Source: a virus
Taxonomy: Duplodnaviria > Caudoviricetes
Virus record (IMG/VR): IMGVR_UViG_3300030090_000464
Location: 1 to 30,642 of that record
Reading direction: 5' to 3' (one strand)
DNA length: 30,642 nt
This document shows positions 17,356 to 25,752 of the stretch, piece after piece; within the stretch, counting starts at the first letter, position 1; every line of letters begins with the position of its first letter. A program made the position numbers and the translations under genes. The notes beneath the pieces are model-generated. The model saw only the letters and a list, made by a program, of their open reading frames with translations, had not been told where the DNA came from and searched no databases.

Positions 17356-17564
17356 CGTAGAGCCTGTAATTCTTTTTCTAAATAACCGTGAAGGTTTTCT
17401 AGTTTTAGAAGACCTTCACGTATTACTTTTCTTATAAGAATCTTATCATCATCTTCTGCAAATATTTTAGATACTGCTTCTTCTGGTAGCTGGCTAAGTT
17501 CAGTAACCAGCGTACCTTTAGAATCTATCATAATTTTGAATGATAATATATTTCCTTCGTTCAT
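17352..17564 (-). CDS. Hypothetical protein (70 aa)
   Basis: ATGA overlap with nrdB stop; last gene of the - arm. Confidence 0.7.
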   Translation of the reverse strand: MNEGNILSFKIMIDSKGTLVTELSQLPEEAVSKIFAEDDDKILIRKVIREGLLKLENLHGYLEKELQALR

Positions 17565-18532
17565 GCTACATCCAGAAATTCTGTTTTATTTACATTACCT
17601 CTAAGACCTGCTTTCATATAAGCTGTAGCCCTGCCTTCAAAAAAGTTCTGATGTTCTACTCCTAATACATCATCTAGCCACGTAAGAGGATTATCTTTTA
17701 CATTGTAGTTAGGCTTTAGTCCTAGTTGTAGTAATCTTCTATCTGCTATGTAACGTATGTACTGTTTCATTTCTGCCTGTGTAAGACCTTCAATGTTCCC
17801 CATCTCAAACACAAGATTTAAAAATCTATCTTCTAAATCTACCATGTCTCTACAAGCTTGGTATATTTCTTTCTTTAAATCATCAGTCCACAGTTCTATG
17901 TTTTCCTGTATATAATCTCTAAATAGTTTTGTCATAGCTTCTACATGAAGAGATTCATCTCGTATGCTATAAGTAATAATCTGACCCATACCTTTCATAC
18001 GTCCAAATCTAGGAAAGTTTAATAGTATAATAAAACTACTAAACAACTGTAGTCCTTCTGTAAATCCTGAGTATACAGCTAATGCTTTTGCAATAGACTT
18101 TTTATCTTTAGAAGATACTTTAATATTATTAATATACTCATGTTTGTCTAGCATAACTGAGTATTCTGAAAAAGCTTTGTATTCTATTTCAGGCATACCA
18201 ACTGTATCTAATAATAAACTATAAGCATGTTGATGTATGGACTCCATGTTGTTAAATGCTCCCATCATCATACGCGCTTCAGGCTTTTTAAAGATACGCA
18301 TGTACCTGTCAACATAGCCTGTACTAACATCCACATCTGATTGAGTAAACAATCTAAATATCTGTGTTAATAAATTCTTTTCTGATTCATTTAATTCCTG
18401 CCAATCTTTTACATCCGTATGTAAAGGTACATCTTCAGGAAACCAATGCATTTGATTCTGTTGTACATAGTAATCAAACATCCACGGATGATCAAACGGC
18501 TTATAATAATCTCTTGTTCCTGTCAAACTCAT
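17561..18532 (-). CDS. nrdB: Ribonucleotide reductase class Ia beta subunit
   Basis: W-x-PEDV; metal ligands in FTQSDVDV, MESIH, EGLQLFSSF and DESLH; radical Tyr in HQHAYS; C-terminal NFFEGRATAY. Confidence 0.95.
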   Translation of the reverse strand: MSLTGTRDYYKPFDHPWMFDYYVQQNQMHWFPEDVPLHTDVKDWQELNESEKNLLTQIFRLFTQSDVDVSTGYVDRYMRIFKKPEARMMMGAFNNMESIHQHAYSLLLDTVGMPEIEYKAFSEYSVMLDKHEYINNIKVSSKDKKSIAKALAVYSGFTEGLQLFSSFIILLNFPRFGRMKGMGQIITYSIRDESLHVEAMTKLFRDYIQENIELWTDDLKKEIYQACRDMVDLEDRFLNLVFEMGNIEGLTQAEMKQYIRYIADRRLLQLGLKPNYNVKDNPLTWLDDVLGVEHQNFFEGRATAYMKAGLRGNVNKTEFLDVA

Positions 18533-18726
18533 TAAAACATTCCTTGTATTGTATTTAATTTTTCTTGTGCTGTAGCTAATGCTCCTACAAGATCATCTAT
18601 ATCTTGCACTATATCTGGATGTTCTGCAACAGCTACCGCATTATCCAAATAGTTTTTAAGATTAAGTTGTATTACTTCGATGTCTGCTTCGTATTTCATT
18701 TCTAAAGCTTTTAAGTATGGATTCAT
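18532..18726 (-). CDS. Conserved phage hypothetical protein
   Basis: NYLDNAVAVAEHPDI motif resembles a common marine phage family; coupled overlaps on both sides. Confidence 0.75.
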   Translation of the reverse strand: MNPYLKALEMKYEADIEVIQLNLKNYLDNAVAVAEHPDIVQDIDDLVGALATAQEKLNTIQGMF

Positions 18727-18956
18727 AATAAAGTCTCCTCATATTTTTCATTTAACCAATCACTGTATTTATTGCAATACCGTTCTAAAGACATATGTTC
18801 AGATAAAATATTGTTATGCTCATCACAATAATCTAACCACATTCTAATTTTAAAACTATTAAAAACACTTTGATTGAAAGGTCTTGATTTAAATTTAGCA
18901 TAATCAACAAATTGTTTTGTTTCACTTACATAATATTGAGCGTCTTCAATACTCAT
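18723..18956 (-). CDS. Hypothetical protein
   Basis: SD GGAGG upstream (cctcc at 18963-18967 on +); MWLDYCDE motif. Confidence 0.75.
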   Translation of the reverse strand: MSIEDAQYYVSETKQFVDYAKFKSRPFNQSVFNSFKIRMWLDYCDEHNNILSEHMSLERYCNKYSDWLNEKYEETLL

Positions 18957-18993
18957 AATATTCCTCCTAATCTATTAATTTAATTTTCATATT

Positions 18994-19158
18994 TCACCAC
19001 TTATTAATTATGTTAGCTATAATAAAAAAACAAGTTACAAAATTAACTATAACAATAATTGTTCTTAGAATTGCTATAGCATCATCATGCTCTACTGTTT
19101 TATCATCACTAAAACTTCCTATAGTGTATTTCCAGATTGTCCAAGCCTTACCCTTCAC
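18994..19158 (-). CDS. Small membrane protein (54 aa; not in ORF track)
   Basis: GTG start overlapping the nrdA end; MKGKAWTIWKYTIGSFSDDKTVEHDDAIAILRTIIVIVNFVTCFFIIANIINKW, resembling the WKY-x-x-GSFSDDKT family of marine phages. Confidence 0.7.
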   Translation of the reverse strand: MKGKAWTIWKYTIGSFSDDKTVEHDDAIAILRTIIVIVNFVTCFFIIANIINKW

Positions 19159-21028
19159 AACTTAAACACTCTACATCTTCTAAGTTTATTCTAGGTATTT
19201 TTATATTAACATTCTCAGCAGATCGTGCTGCATCTGATCTAAGATAGTATAATGATTTAAGTTTATTAGCCCCTACCCAATGCACTGTATTAATATAATT
19301 TAAATACTCATCATGTTCCTCTTGATCTGCTGTAGCTTTTGGAGGTATGAAAAATAAATTAACACTTTGGCTTTGACAAATGTATTGCTGTCTTTGATGA
19401 GCATGTTCTATTATCCATATTTGATTTAACTCTGGTGCTGTTTTAAATATCTCCTTTTCTTCTTCAGATAGTTGATCAAGATGTTGAACAGAGCCTTCAT
19501 GAGCTGCAATATCCTTCCACGTTTCTTCATTGTTTAATCCTTTCTTTTTGAGAACAGCTTCAAGGTATTTGTTTTTAACTTTGTAACTACCTGTGAGAGT
19601 CTTGTGGGTATATGTGTTAGCTCTAAAAGGCTCAATACTAGGACTCGTTCCACCGCATATAATACTACTACTAGCATTAGGAGCAATAGCAAGGAGATGA
19701 CTGTTCCTCCTACCACTCCCAACCATATCAGGAGCTTCCCCACGTTCTTCAGCCAAGCTATTACTAGCTGCACTAGCTCTTTCTTTGATGTGGGAGAATG
19801 CTCTATGATTGAAACTTGTGGCGTACATACTCTCAAAGCAAATTCCCCTGCGCTGTAAGTAAGAGCAAAAGCCCATCGACCCAAGACCAACTGCGCGTTC
19901 TCGATATGCTGAATAAGCGGCTTTGATAAGCCCTTCTTTATCTTCTTTTCCATAGTTTTTAAACCTCTCATAACCTACGCTATAAGATCCTAGCTTGTGA
20001 GTATCTATAGCATTTTCTATAAAATGTTCTAATACATTATCTAACATGGTAATAAGATCTCCTATAAAATTAGGATCATCTTTCCATTCATCAAAGTATT
20101 CTAAATTAACAGAACTTAAACAACATACTGCTGTTCGGTCTTCTGATGTTGGTAATGTAATTTCAGAACATAAATTACTTTGTTTAACTTTCAAACCCAA
20201 ATTCTTTTGTTCTTGAGGTAATTCTTCATTACATCTATCAAGATTAACAATATAAGGTTCTCCTGTTTCTGAACGTGCGTTAATTAACTGCCACCATAGT
20301 TCTCTGGCTGACATAGTTTTAACAGCTTCTTTAGTATTAGGATCTATTAATCTCCAATCATTATCTTCTTTAACCGCAGTAAGAAATGAATCTGTTATTG
20401 ATACAGCATTATGAAGATTTAAACATTTACGATTTAAATCTCCACCTGTAGGTTTACGCATATTAATAAACTCTTCTATCTCTGGATGATTGATATCCAT
20501 GTATGCTGCATATGATCCTCTTCTGGTAACTCCCTGATTGAAAGCTAACATCTGAGAATCTACTACATGCATGAATGGGATAGATCCAGTAGAACGACTA
20601 TGGTTACTAGTAGCGACACCATTACTACGAACCTCTCCCCAATAACCTCCGATACCTCCACCCGAACTTGATAACCATATGTTTTCATCATAATGATCAG
20701 ACAAACCACGTCTTGAATCAGGTACGAAATTGAGGAAGCAACTGATAGGTAAGCCACGAGTGGTTCCTCCGTTAGAAAGTATAGGAGTGCTGAACATAAA
20801 CCAATACCTGCTACTATATTCATAAAGTCTCTGGGCCATATCGAAATCAGTAGTCCCTTTATAAGTAGCCCCGAATATACTAGCCCTTGCAAAAGCTTCT
20901 TGTGCATGTGTTTCTTCCTTCCATAGGTAACGATCTTTTAATGTGTTTAAACTAAAATTATCTAGAGTTTTATCTCTATCATAATCAATAGTTATTCCTA
21001 AATAATTAGTAATCCCTTCTTTAGTCAT
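19148..21028 (-). CDS. nrdA: Ribonucleotide reductase class Ia alpha subunit, no N-terminal ATP cone
   Basis: STPILSN, PISCF, SNLCSEI (catalytic N-x-C-x-E), APNASSS, LKSLYY and C-terminal CLSCEG. Confidence 0.95.
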   Translation of the reverse strand: MTKEGITNYLGITIDYDRDKTLDNFSLNTLKDRYLWKEETHAQEAFARASIFGATYKGTTDFDMAQRLYEYSSRYWFMFSTPILSNGGTTRGLPISCFLNFVPDSRRGLSDHYDENIWLSSSGGGIGGYWGEVRSNGVATSNHSRSTGSIPFMHVVDSQMLAFNQGVTRRGSYAAYMDINHPEIEEFINMRKPTGGDLNRKCLNLHNAVSITDSFLTAVKEDNDWRLIDPNTKEAVKTMSARELWWQLINARSETGEPYIVNLDRCNEELPQEQKNLGLKVKQSNLCSEITLPTSEDRTAVCCLSSVNLEYFDEWKDDPNFIGDLITMLDNVLEHFIENAIDTHKLGSYSVGYERFKNYGKEDKEGLIKAAYSAYRERAVGLGSMGFCSYLQRRGICFESMYATSFNHRAFSHIKERASAASNSLAEERGEAPDMVGSGRRNSHLLAIAPNASSSIICGGTSPSIEPFRANTYTHKTLTGSYKVKNKYLEAVLKKKGLNNEETWKDIAAHEGSVQHLDQLSEEEKEIFKTAPELNQIWIIEHAHQRQQYICQSQSVNLFFIPPKATADQEEHDEYLNYINTVHWVGANKLKSLYYLRSDAARSAENVNIKIPRINLEDVECLSCEG

Positions 21029-21152
21029 GATTCATGAATCCTTCTTTGTATTTTGTTTTTTCTCTTTTGTGTTTTTTATTTTTTGACTTAGACTTTGAGT
21101 TTTGTTTTTTGTCAAATCTTTCTTTACGTTCAGCCTTTCGATCCCAAGACAT
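21021..21152 (-). CDS. Small basic hypothetical protein (43 aa; not in ORF track)
   Basis: MSWDRKAERKERFDKKQNSKSKSKNKKHKREKTKYKEGFMNHD; SD GGAGGA (tcctcc at 21161-21166); overlaps both neighbours. Confidence 0.65.
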   Translation of the reverse strand: MSWDRKAERKERFDKKQNSKSKSKNKKHKREKTKYKEGFMNHD

Positions 21153-21552
21153 TCTTGTTATCCTCCATAAATTTTAAAAGTCTTTCTTCATACCAGTTTG
21201 CTTTGTTAAGATCTTCTATAGGTTTACCTTTGTATCGAAACCTCCACCTATACTTTAAACTATTGCCACGCAAATATCCAACAAATTCTTCAGGGGATAA
21301 CATTGCTTCTATAGCTTCAATGCATTCAACTGATCCAGAATTGTAATGGCTAGGACTATTTACATTATCATTTAATTGTTTAGAAACATTCCTTATATGA
21401 TCTGTTTCGTGATTGTAAGGTAAGTTTTCTACATCTTGGTCAGTCATACCTTTAGGGTTTTTAAGTGAAGGATCTTTTAAACCATTAATCCTTCTACGGT
21501 TGTAAGCATCCCATTCTTGTGGTGACACATCATCTATACTAGCTTTAGCCAT
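21130..21552 (-). CDS. DUF3310-like protein (T7 gp1.7 nucleotide-kinase-related family); start re-called to 21552
   Basis: DNVNSPSHY...VECIEAI...GYLRGNSLKYRWR..YKG...EDLNKANWY. The longer ORF-track start lies inside the endonuclease gene; AAGGA precedes MAKASID. Confidence 0.85.
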   Translation of the reverse strand: MAKASIDDVSPQEWDAYNRRRINGLKDPSLKNPKGMTDQDVENLPYNHETDHIRNVSKQLNDNVNSPSHYNSGSVECIEAIEAMLSPEEFVGYLRGNSLKYRWRFRYKGKPIEDLNKANWYEERLLKFMEDNKNVLGSKG

Positions 21553-21562
21553 TTGTTTTCCT

Positions 21563-21988
21563 TTAGTTTGTAAATGTTTCTTTAAATGATTTTTCTGAAA
21601 ACCATGTAAATTTATTTTTCTCAGCCCATTCAGCATGAGAAAACTTTGTACCATCCTTACGCTTCTTTGCTCCGGGCATTGCAGCATCAGGTGACGCAAA
21701 TAAAAATATAAGTTCTGTATTTTTTGGTAAAGATTTTTTAATCCAAATATATTTACTATATTCTGCATGATCCCAAAATCTTCCTTTAGCTTCTATTAAA
21801 ATAGTTTTATTGTTTATTACTTTAATAAAATCTGGTGTATAAGAATGTTCAACTACATAATTTAATTTAGATGTATGTAGTTTCCATCCTTTTAATATCG
21901 TATTGTGTAGTTCTGACTCCCATTTAGAATCATAACCTTTTGGAACTCCTTTTTCAACAGGTCTTTTCTTACGTGGTACTCTACGCAT
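21563..21988 (-). CDS. Endonuclease I-like Holliday junction resolvase (T7 gp3-like)
   Basis: YDSKWE, YTPDF, IEAKGRF and AEWAEKNKF motifs. Confidence 0.85.
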   Translation of the reverse strand: MRRVPRKKRPVEKGVPKGYDSKWESELHNTILKGWKLHTSKLNYVVEHSYTPDFIKVINNKTILIEAKGRFWDHAEYSKYIWIKKSLPKNTELIFLFASPDAAMPGAKKRKDGTKFSHAEWAEKNKFTWFSEKSFKETFTN

Positions 21989-22244
21989 TTTCTAAATCAG
22001 ACATAGTTATTTTATCCAATGGTTTAATCCTCATTTGTTTTTTAAGTCTTTGCCTCACCCATTTATGTGTGTATGCATTAAGATATCTTTGACCCATAGA
22101 ACTAAAATATTTTTCTTTGGGTAACATATCAATTATTTGTTCTTCTGTTAAATTAGAATTTTCTGGCAACAAAGAAGCCAACCACTCCATTAGCAATGTG
22201 TAAACTTTGTGATTTAGTTTTTGTTTTTTACTTTTAGGATACAT
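21981..22244 (-). CDS. Hypothetical basic protein
   Basis: 87 aa, overlapping both neighbours within the operon. Confidence 0.7.
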   Translation of the reverse strand: MYPKSKKQKLNHKVYTLLMEWLASLLPENSNLTEEQIIDMLPKEKYFSSMGQRYLNAYTHKWVRQRLKKQMRIKPLDKITMSDLENA

Positions 22245-23082
22245 CTAATACCTCTTCAACTTTAGGTTCATTTACAATTTCTGTAAAGTAAACTAATCCT
22301 TTAGAATATTTGAACACTCTAAGATCTGGATAACATTTAAACTTATGATTGCAGTATACACAATTCTTTGGAAGCTTCATGTTACCAGACTTTCCTTCTG
22401 GAATAGGCTCATAGCAAACCTCTGGTGGTTCATTGTTATTTAAAGATTCTTTTATATCTTCGATAATTTTAGGAGCGTATGGTTTATCTAACTCTTCTGG
22501 TTGATAAAGTGTAAGCTCTCCAGATTCTTTATTAATTACTAAGAATCCACCATTAGTAGTACCTTCTGCTTCTTCATAGCCAGCTAACTGAGCCATATAT
22601 CCAAAAGGATCATCCTCTCTTAAAGTACCATTCCTAAACTTATTAAATGCAAAACCTGATGCAGTTTTAATATCTATTACTTCTCCATCAATCTTACAAT
22701 CAATATGTCCTTTGACACCTTTAACCTCTACTTCTTTCTGTTCATCTTCAACTTTATGTCCAGACATTTTAACAAGAAATAATAAAACTTCTTCAAGTAA
22801 ATGTCCATACAGAAACTTAATAGGCAGATGTGAATCTTCAAAAGAACTTTCTTCTCTTTTGTATTTAAGATCATACCATAACTGCCTACTAGGTTTTCCA
22901 ATATTAGACATTCTTAATGTATTACTATCTCTTGCCTTTGGAGTAGCCCAATGACGAACTACATCTTTGATAGCTTCTCCAAAGTCATCAATGTCTTTAT
23001 CAGATATATCTAAAGCCTCTCCCTCTGTTAAAGGAGATAACACAGAATAAATATCGGATACTAAGTTTTCTAATTTTTTCAT
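22234..23082 (-). CDS. PD-(D/E)xK exonuclease, Cas4-like/lambda-exonuclease superfamily
   Basis: LRMSNIGKPSRQLWY, GHLLE, GHIDCKIDGEVIDIKT, QLAGY and C-terminal CVYC-x5-C. Confidence 0.85.
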   Translation of the reverse strand: MKKLENLVSDIYSVLSPLTEGEALDISDKDIDDFGEAIKDVVRHWATPKARDSNTLRMSNIGKPSRQLWYDLKYKREESSFEDSHLPIKFLYGHLLEEVLLFLVKMSGHKVEDEQKEVEVKGVKGHIDCKIDGEVIDIKTASGFAFNKFRNGTLREDDPFGYMAQLAGYEEAEGTTNGGFLVINKESGELTLYQPEELDKPYAPKIIEDIKESLNNNEPPEVCYEPIPEGKSGNMKLPKNCVYCNHKFKCYPDLRVFKYSKGLVYFTEIVNEPKVEEVLDVS

Positions 23083-23375
23083 TTAATATGTTTCACAAAA
23101 TGTAAACTTCTATCAGCAGGATTAAATTGTAATAATTGAACTTTCATTTTCTTTTGTTCATCAGTACGTTTACTTCCGCTCCAATGGGTTCTTTCTTTCC
23201 TTACAGTTTTAACATCTATATAAAGTGGTTTACCTTTTTTATCTATAGCTATTAAATCTACAGGGCCTGTGCATCCTGAGTTCTTGAATACATTATAACC
23301 TTTATCCCACAAATATGTAATAGCATAATGTTCTGCAATATCTCCGAGCCTTGATGAACCGTGTTCTGTTTTCAT
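23079..23375 (-). CDS. Small PD-(D/E)xK endonuclease (Hjc-like)
   Basis: GDIAE...GYNVF...GPVDLIA...IDVKT. Confidence 0.75.
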   Translation of the reverse strand: MKTEHGSSRLGDIAEHYAITYLWDKGYNVFKNSGCTGPVDLIAIDKKGKPLYIDVKTVRKERTHWSGSKRTDEQKKMKVQLLQFNPADRSLHFVKHIK

Positions 23376-23385
23376 AAATATCTCC

Positions 23386-25128
23386 TTAGTGAGTTTCCGA
23401 CCAGTTGTTTCCTATTTTATATTCACCGTCCAAAGGACATCGTAAATTAAAATCATGTTCTACTTGCTTTATAGATTCTACTCCATGCTCTCCAACCTTG
23501 TATGCTTCATGACCCGCTGCTTCTATTTGCCACTCATCATGAACATTTGCTACAAAGTGTGCATCAAGATTACTTTCTTTTATTTTATTATTTAGATTCA
23601 CAAGAGCTTGCTTCATTACTATAGCACCTGCACTTTGTAATAAAGTATTTAATGCTGCATGTTCTGATCTTATAAATACCTTGCGTCCATCTAATCCTTT
23701 AAGGTATCCCTTTGCTGTTGCTCTTTCAACTCTATCTTTAAGAGTTGCAAATGATGGGAGATTATTAAGAAAAGATCTTCGTAATCTTTTACCATCGTTT
23801 CTATTTCCTCCAACCACTTGCCCAAGTCTAAGGTCACTTCCACCGTAGATGAGGGCATAGATGAAAGTCTTTGCCTGATCTCTTGATTCAAGACCTGCAA
23901 GTTTTTGATTTGCTGTGTGGATATCTCCATTGAGTATTTCATTCTTAAACCCCTCGTCATTCATGTAGTGTGCTAACATTCTTAATTCTAACCCAGATGC
24001 ATCAATACCTACAAGTTTATATCCATTAGGAACTATCCAACAAGATCTGCAATCTTTTCCATAAGGACTGTATGATGCTGGTATCTGTGCTAAGTTTGGT
24101 TTAGCATGGCTCATCCTTCCTGTAATTGCACCATTAGGTATTACAAAACCATGTACTCTCTGATCATCTGCTAAATGCTTGAACCAAGAATCTACTTGAG
24201 CTATTCTTTTTTGAAGCGTTAAGAACTTAGAAATTAACTGAGCTTCTGGTATATCTTTTACTTTATTTAATGTTGATTCATCTACAATCGGCTGACCTGT
24301 TGGAGTGAACTTCTTAGGTTTCCATCCAAAGTCTTTTAGATACTCACCTATTTGTTTACGTGATCCTAAATTAAACTCTTGTAGTTTGCATCTATCAAAT
24401 GGCAATAGCTGTGCATGTTTTGGTTTACTTATTATTTTAAGAAACTCTTCATCAGTTAAACCTTGCTTAGATAAACAGCCATTCTTTTTCCACTTGGGTT
24501 GTACTGTTTTTAATTTAACTAACTTAGGTTTAAAAACTTTTTGAACTGTTTCTTCTATCTCACGTTTACGTTCATTCAACTCAGCCAACAATACTGTACC
24601 TCTTTTCTCATCAAAAAGAAAACCATGTTTCTCTTGTTCTTTGAGTATAACAGCTACACCATGTTCAAGACCTATAGATTTAGGATCAAATCCATCAAGT
24701 TCTTTTATAACTGTATTAAATACTTTTGAATTTAATTCAACATCATTAATACAATACTCCATCATTTCTTCTGAGTATTTAGTGAATCCATGTTCCTCCA
24801 TAGATCCTTTATTAAATCCTAAATTAAATCCCCAAGCTTTTAAACCATGACCTCCTCTTTCTGGTTTAGCTAAACGTGACAGTACTAATGTATCAATTAC
24901 TTTTTTATCTTTAAAAGATAATCCTGTAAGTTTTTCTATTATTGGAATATCAAATCCAAGAATGTTATGTCCAACTAACAGTTCTGCTTTAGCCAACAAA
25001 TCTAACCCTTCTTTAATTTGATCAGGATTAAATGTGTGTACCTTATTTGTCTCCAAGTCTTTAGCTACAATACACCAAATCTTAGATGCGTCTAGTCCAT
25101 CAGTTTCTATATCGAATACTAATTTCAT
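23386..25128 (-). CDS. DNA polymerase family A (T7 gp5-like) with 3'-5' exonuclease
   Basis: ExoI FDIETDG, ExoII GHNILGFD, ExoIII YCINDV; motif A DASGLELR, motif B RDQAKTFIYALIYG, motif C VHDE. Confidence 0.97.
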   Translation of the reverse strand: MKLVFDIETDGLDASKIWCIVAKDLETNKVHTFNPDQIKEGLDLLAKAELLVGHNILGFDIPIIEKLTGLSFKDKKVIDTLVLSRLAKPERGGHGLKAWGFNLGFNKGSMEEHGFTKYSEEMMEYCINDVELNSKVFNTVIKELDGFDPKSIGLEHGVAVILKEQEKHGFLFDEKRGTVLLAELNERKREIEETVQKVFKPKLVKLKTVQPKWKKNGCLSKQGLTDEEFLKIISKPKHAQLLPFDRCKLQEFNLGSRKQIGEYLKDFGWKPKKFTPTGQPIVDESTLNKVKDIPEAQLISKFLTLQKRIAQVDSWFKHLADDQRVHGFVIPNGAITGRMSHAKPNLAQIPASYSPYGKDCRSCWIVPNGYKLVGIDASGLELRMLAHYMNDEGFKNEILNGDIHTANQKLAGLESRDQAKTFIYALIYGGSDLRLGQVVGGNRNDGKRLRRSFLNNLPSFATLKDRVERATAKGYLKGLDGRKVFIRSEHAALNTLLQSAGAIVMKQALVNLNNKIKESNLDAHFVANVHDEWQIEAAGHEAYKVGEHGVESIKQVEHDFNLRCPLDGEYKIGNNWSETH

Positions 25129-25244
25129 TCCATGTCCTCAATAGTTTTCTTTACATAAGCTAAAGCTTCAGCCTCAGACATTCCCATGTCCAAGGCTTTT
25201 TCATATAGCTTCTCCTCGTATACTTCTCTGTAGTGATCACTCAT
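25125..25244 (-). CDS. Small hypothetical protein (39 aa; not in ORF track)
   Basis: MSDHYREVYEEKLYEKALDMGMSEAEALAYVKKTIEDME; ATGA overlap with the polymerase start; fills the gap exactly. Confidence 0.7.
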   Translation of the reverse strand: MSDHYREVYEEKLYEKALDMGMSEAEALAYVKKTIEDME

Positions 25245-25246
25245 CC

Positions 25247-25495
25247 TTATTCCCTAGTTACTATTGAAGATACCATACCGAGTTCTCTTGTATTTTCTTT
25301 AATTCCAAGATATTCGTCAATGCTTTCACCTTTAGTTTTATCCCTTAAACTATCTAAAAGCTTAGATTTTTCTTCATTGATTAACTCTCTTAAAGCTAAT
25401 TCAAACTCAGCTTGTCTTCCATTTAGAGTGGGAATGTTAGGATCTTTTTTCCTGTACAATACCCAATGATCTAAAAACAATTCAATAGAGTCCAT
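25247..25495 (-). CDS. Hypothetical protein
   Basis: SD AGGAG upstream; co-oriented with operon. Confidence 0.7.
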   Translation of the reverse strand: MDSIELFLDHWVLYRKKDPNIPTLNGRQAEFELALRELINEEKSKLLDSLRDKTKGESIDEYLGIKENTRELGMVSSIVTRE

Positions 25496-25504
25496 TTGAT
25501 TCTC

Positions 25505-25744
25505 CTATGTTACTATAACATTATTAAAGGTTTCAATCCAGCACTTAGCTCCACAATCTAAAGGTTTGTCTGGAGAGTATATAACTCTTGCCACAACTTC
25601 TCTATTGCTATCAAGTATCTCTACATGATTACCTTTCCTGTTTTGAGTATAATCTTTTGCTGTTATCACAGGCTTTATATTACCTGTATTTTTATTATTA
25701 TACTTTATATTATGTTGGTTAATATGTATTCTAGTACGTTTCAT
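25505..25744 (-). CDS. Conserved phage hypothetical protein
   Basis: IHINQHNI...PVITAK...YSPDKPLDCGAKCWIET; SD AGGAG upstream. Confidence 0.8.
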   Translation of the reverse strand: MKRTRIHINQHNIKYNNKNTGNIKPVITAKDYTQNRKGNHVEILDSNREVVARVIYSPDKPLDCGAKCWIETFNNVIVT

Positions 25745-25752
25745 GCCTTCTC

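Noticed and set aside
22234-23082. Cas4-like gene as a sign of a CRISPR system
   Set aside because: No repeat-spacer array or other cas gene seen; solo Cas4-like nucleases are common in phage replication modules.
19534-23960. Same-strand out-of-frame ORFs inside nrdA (19534-19971, 20563-20907) and the polymerase (23691-23960)
   Set aside because: Fully nested in intact conserved genes, with no motif or intron/homing-endonuclease signature; likely chance stop-free frames.
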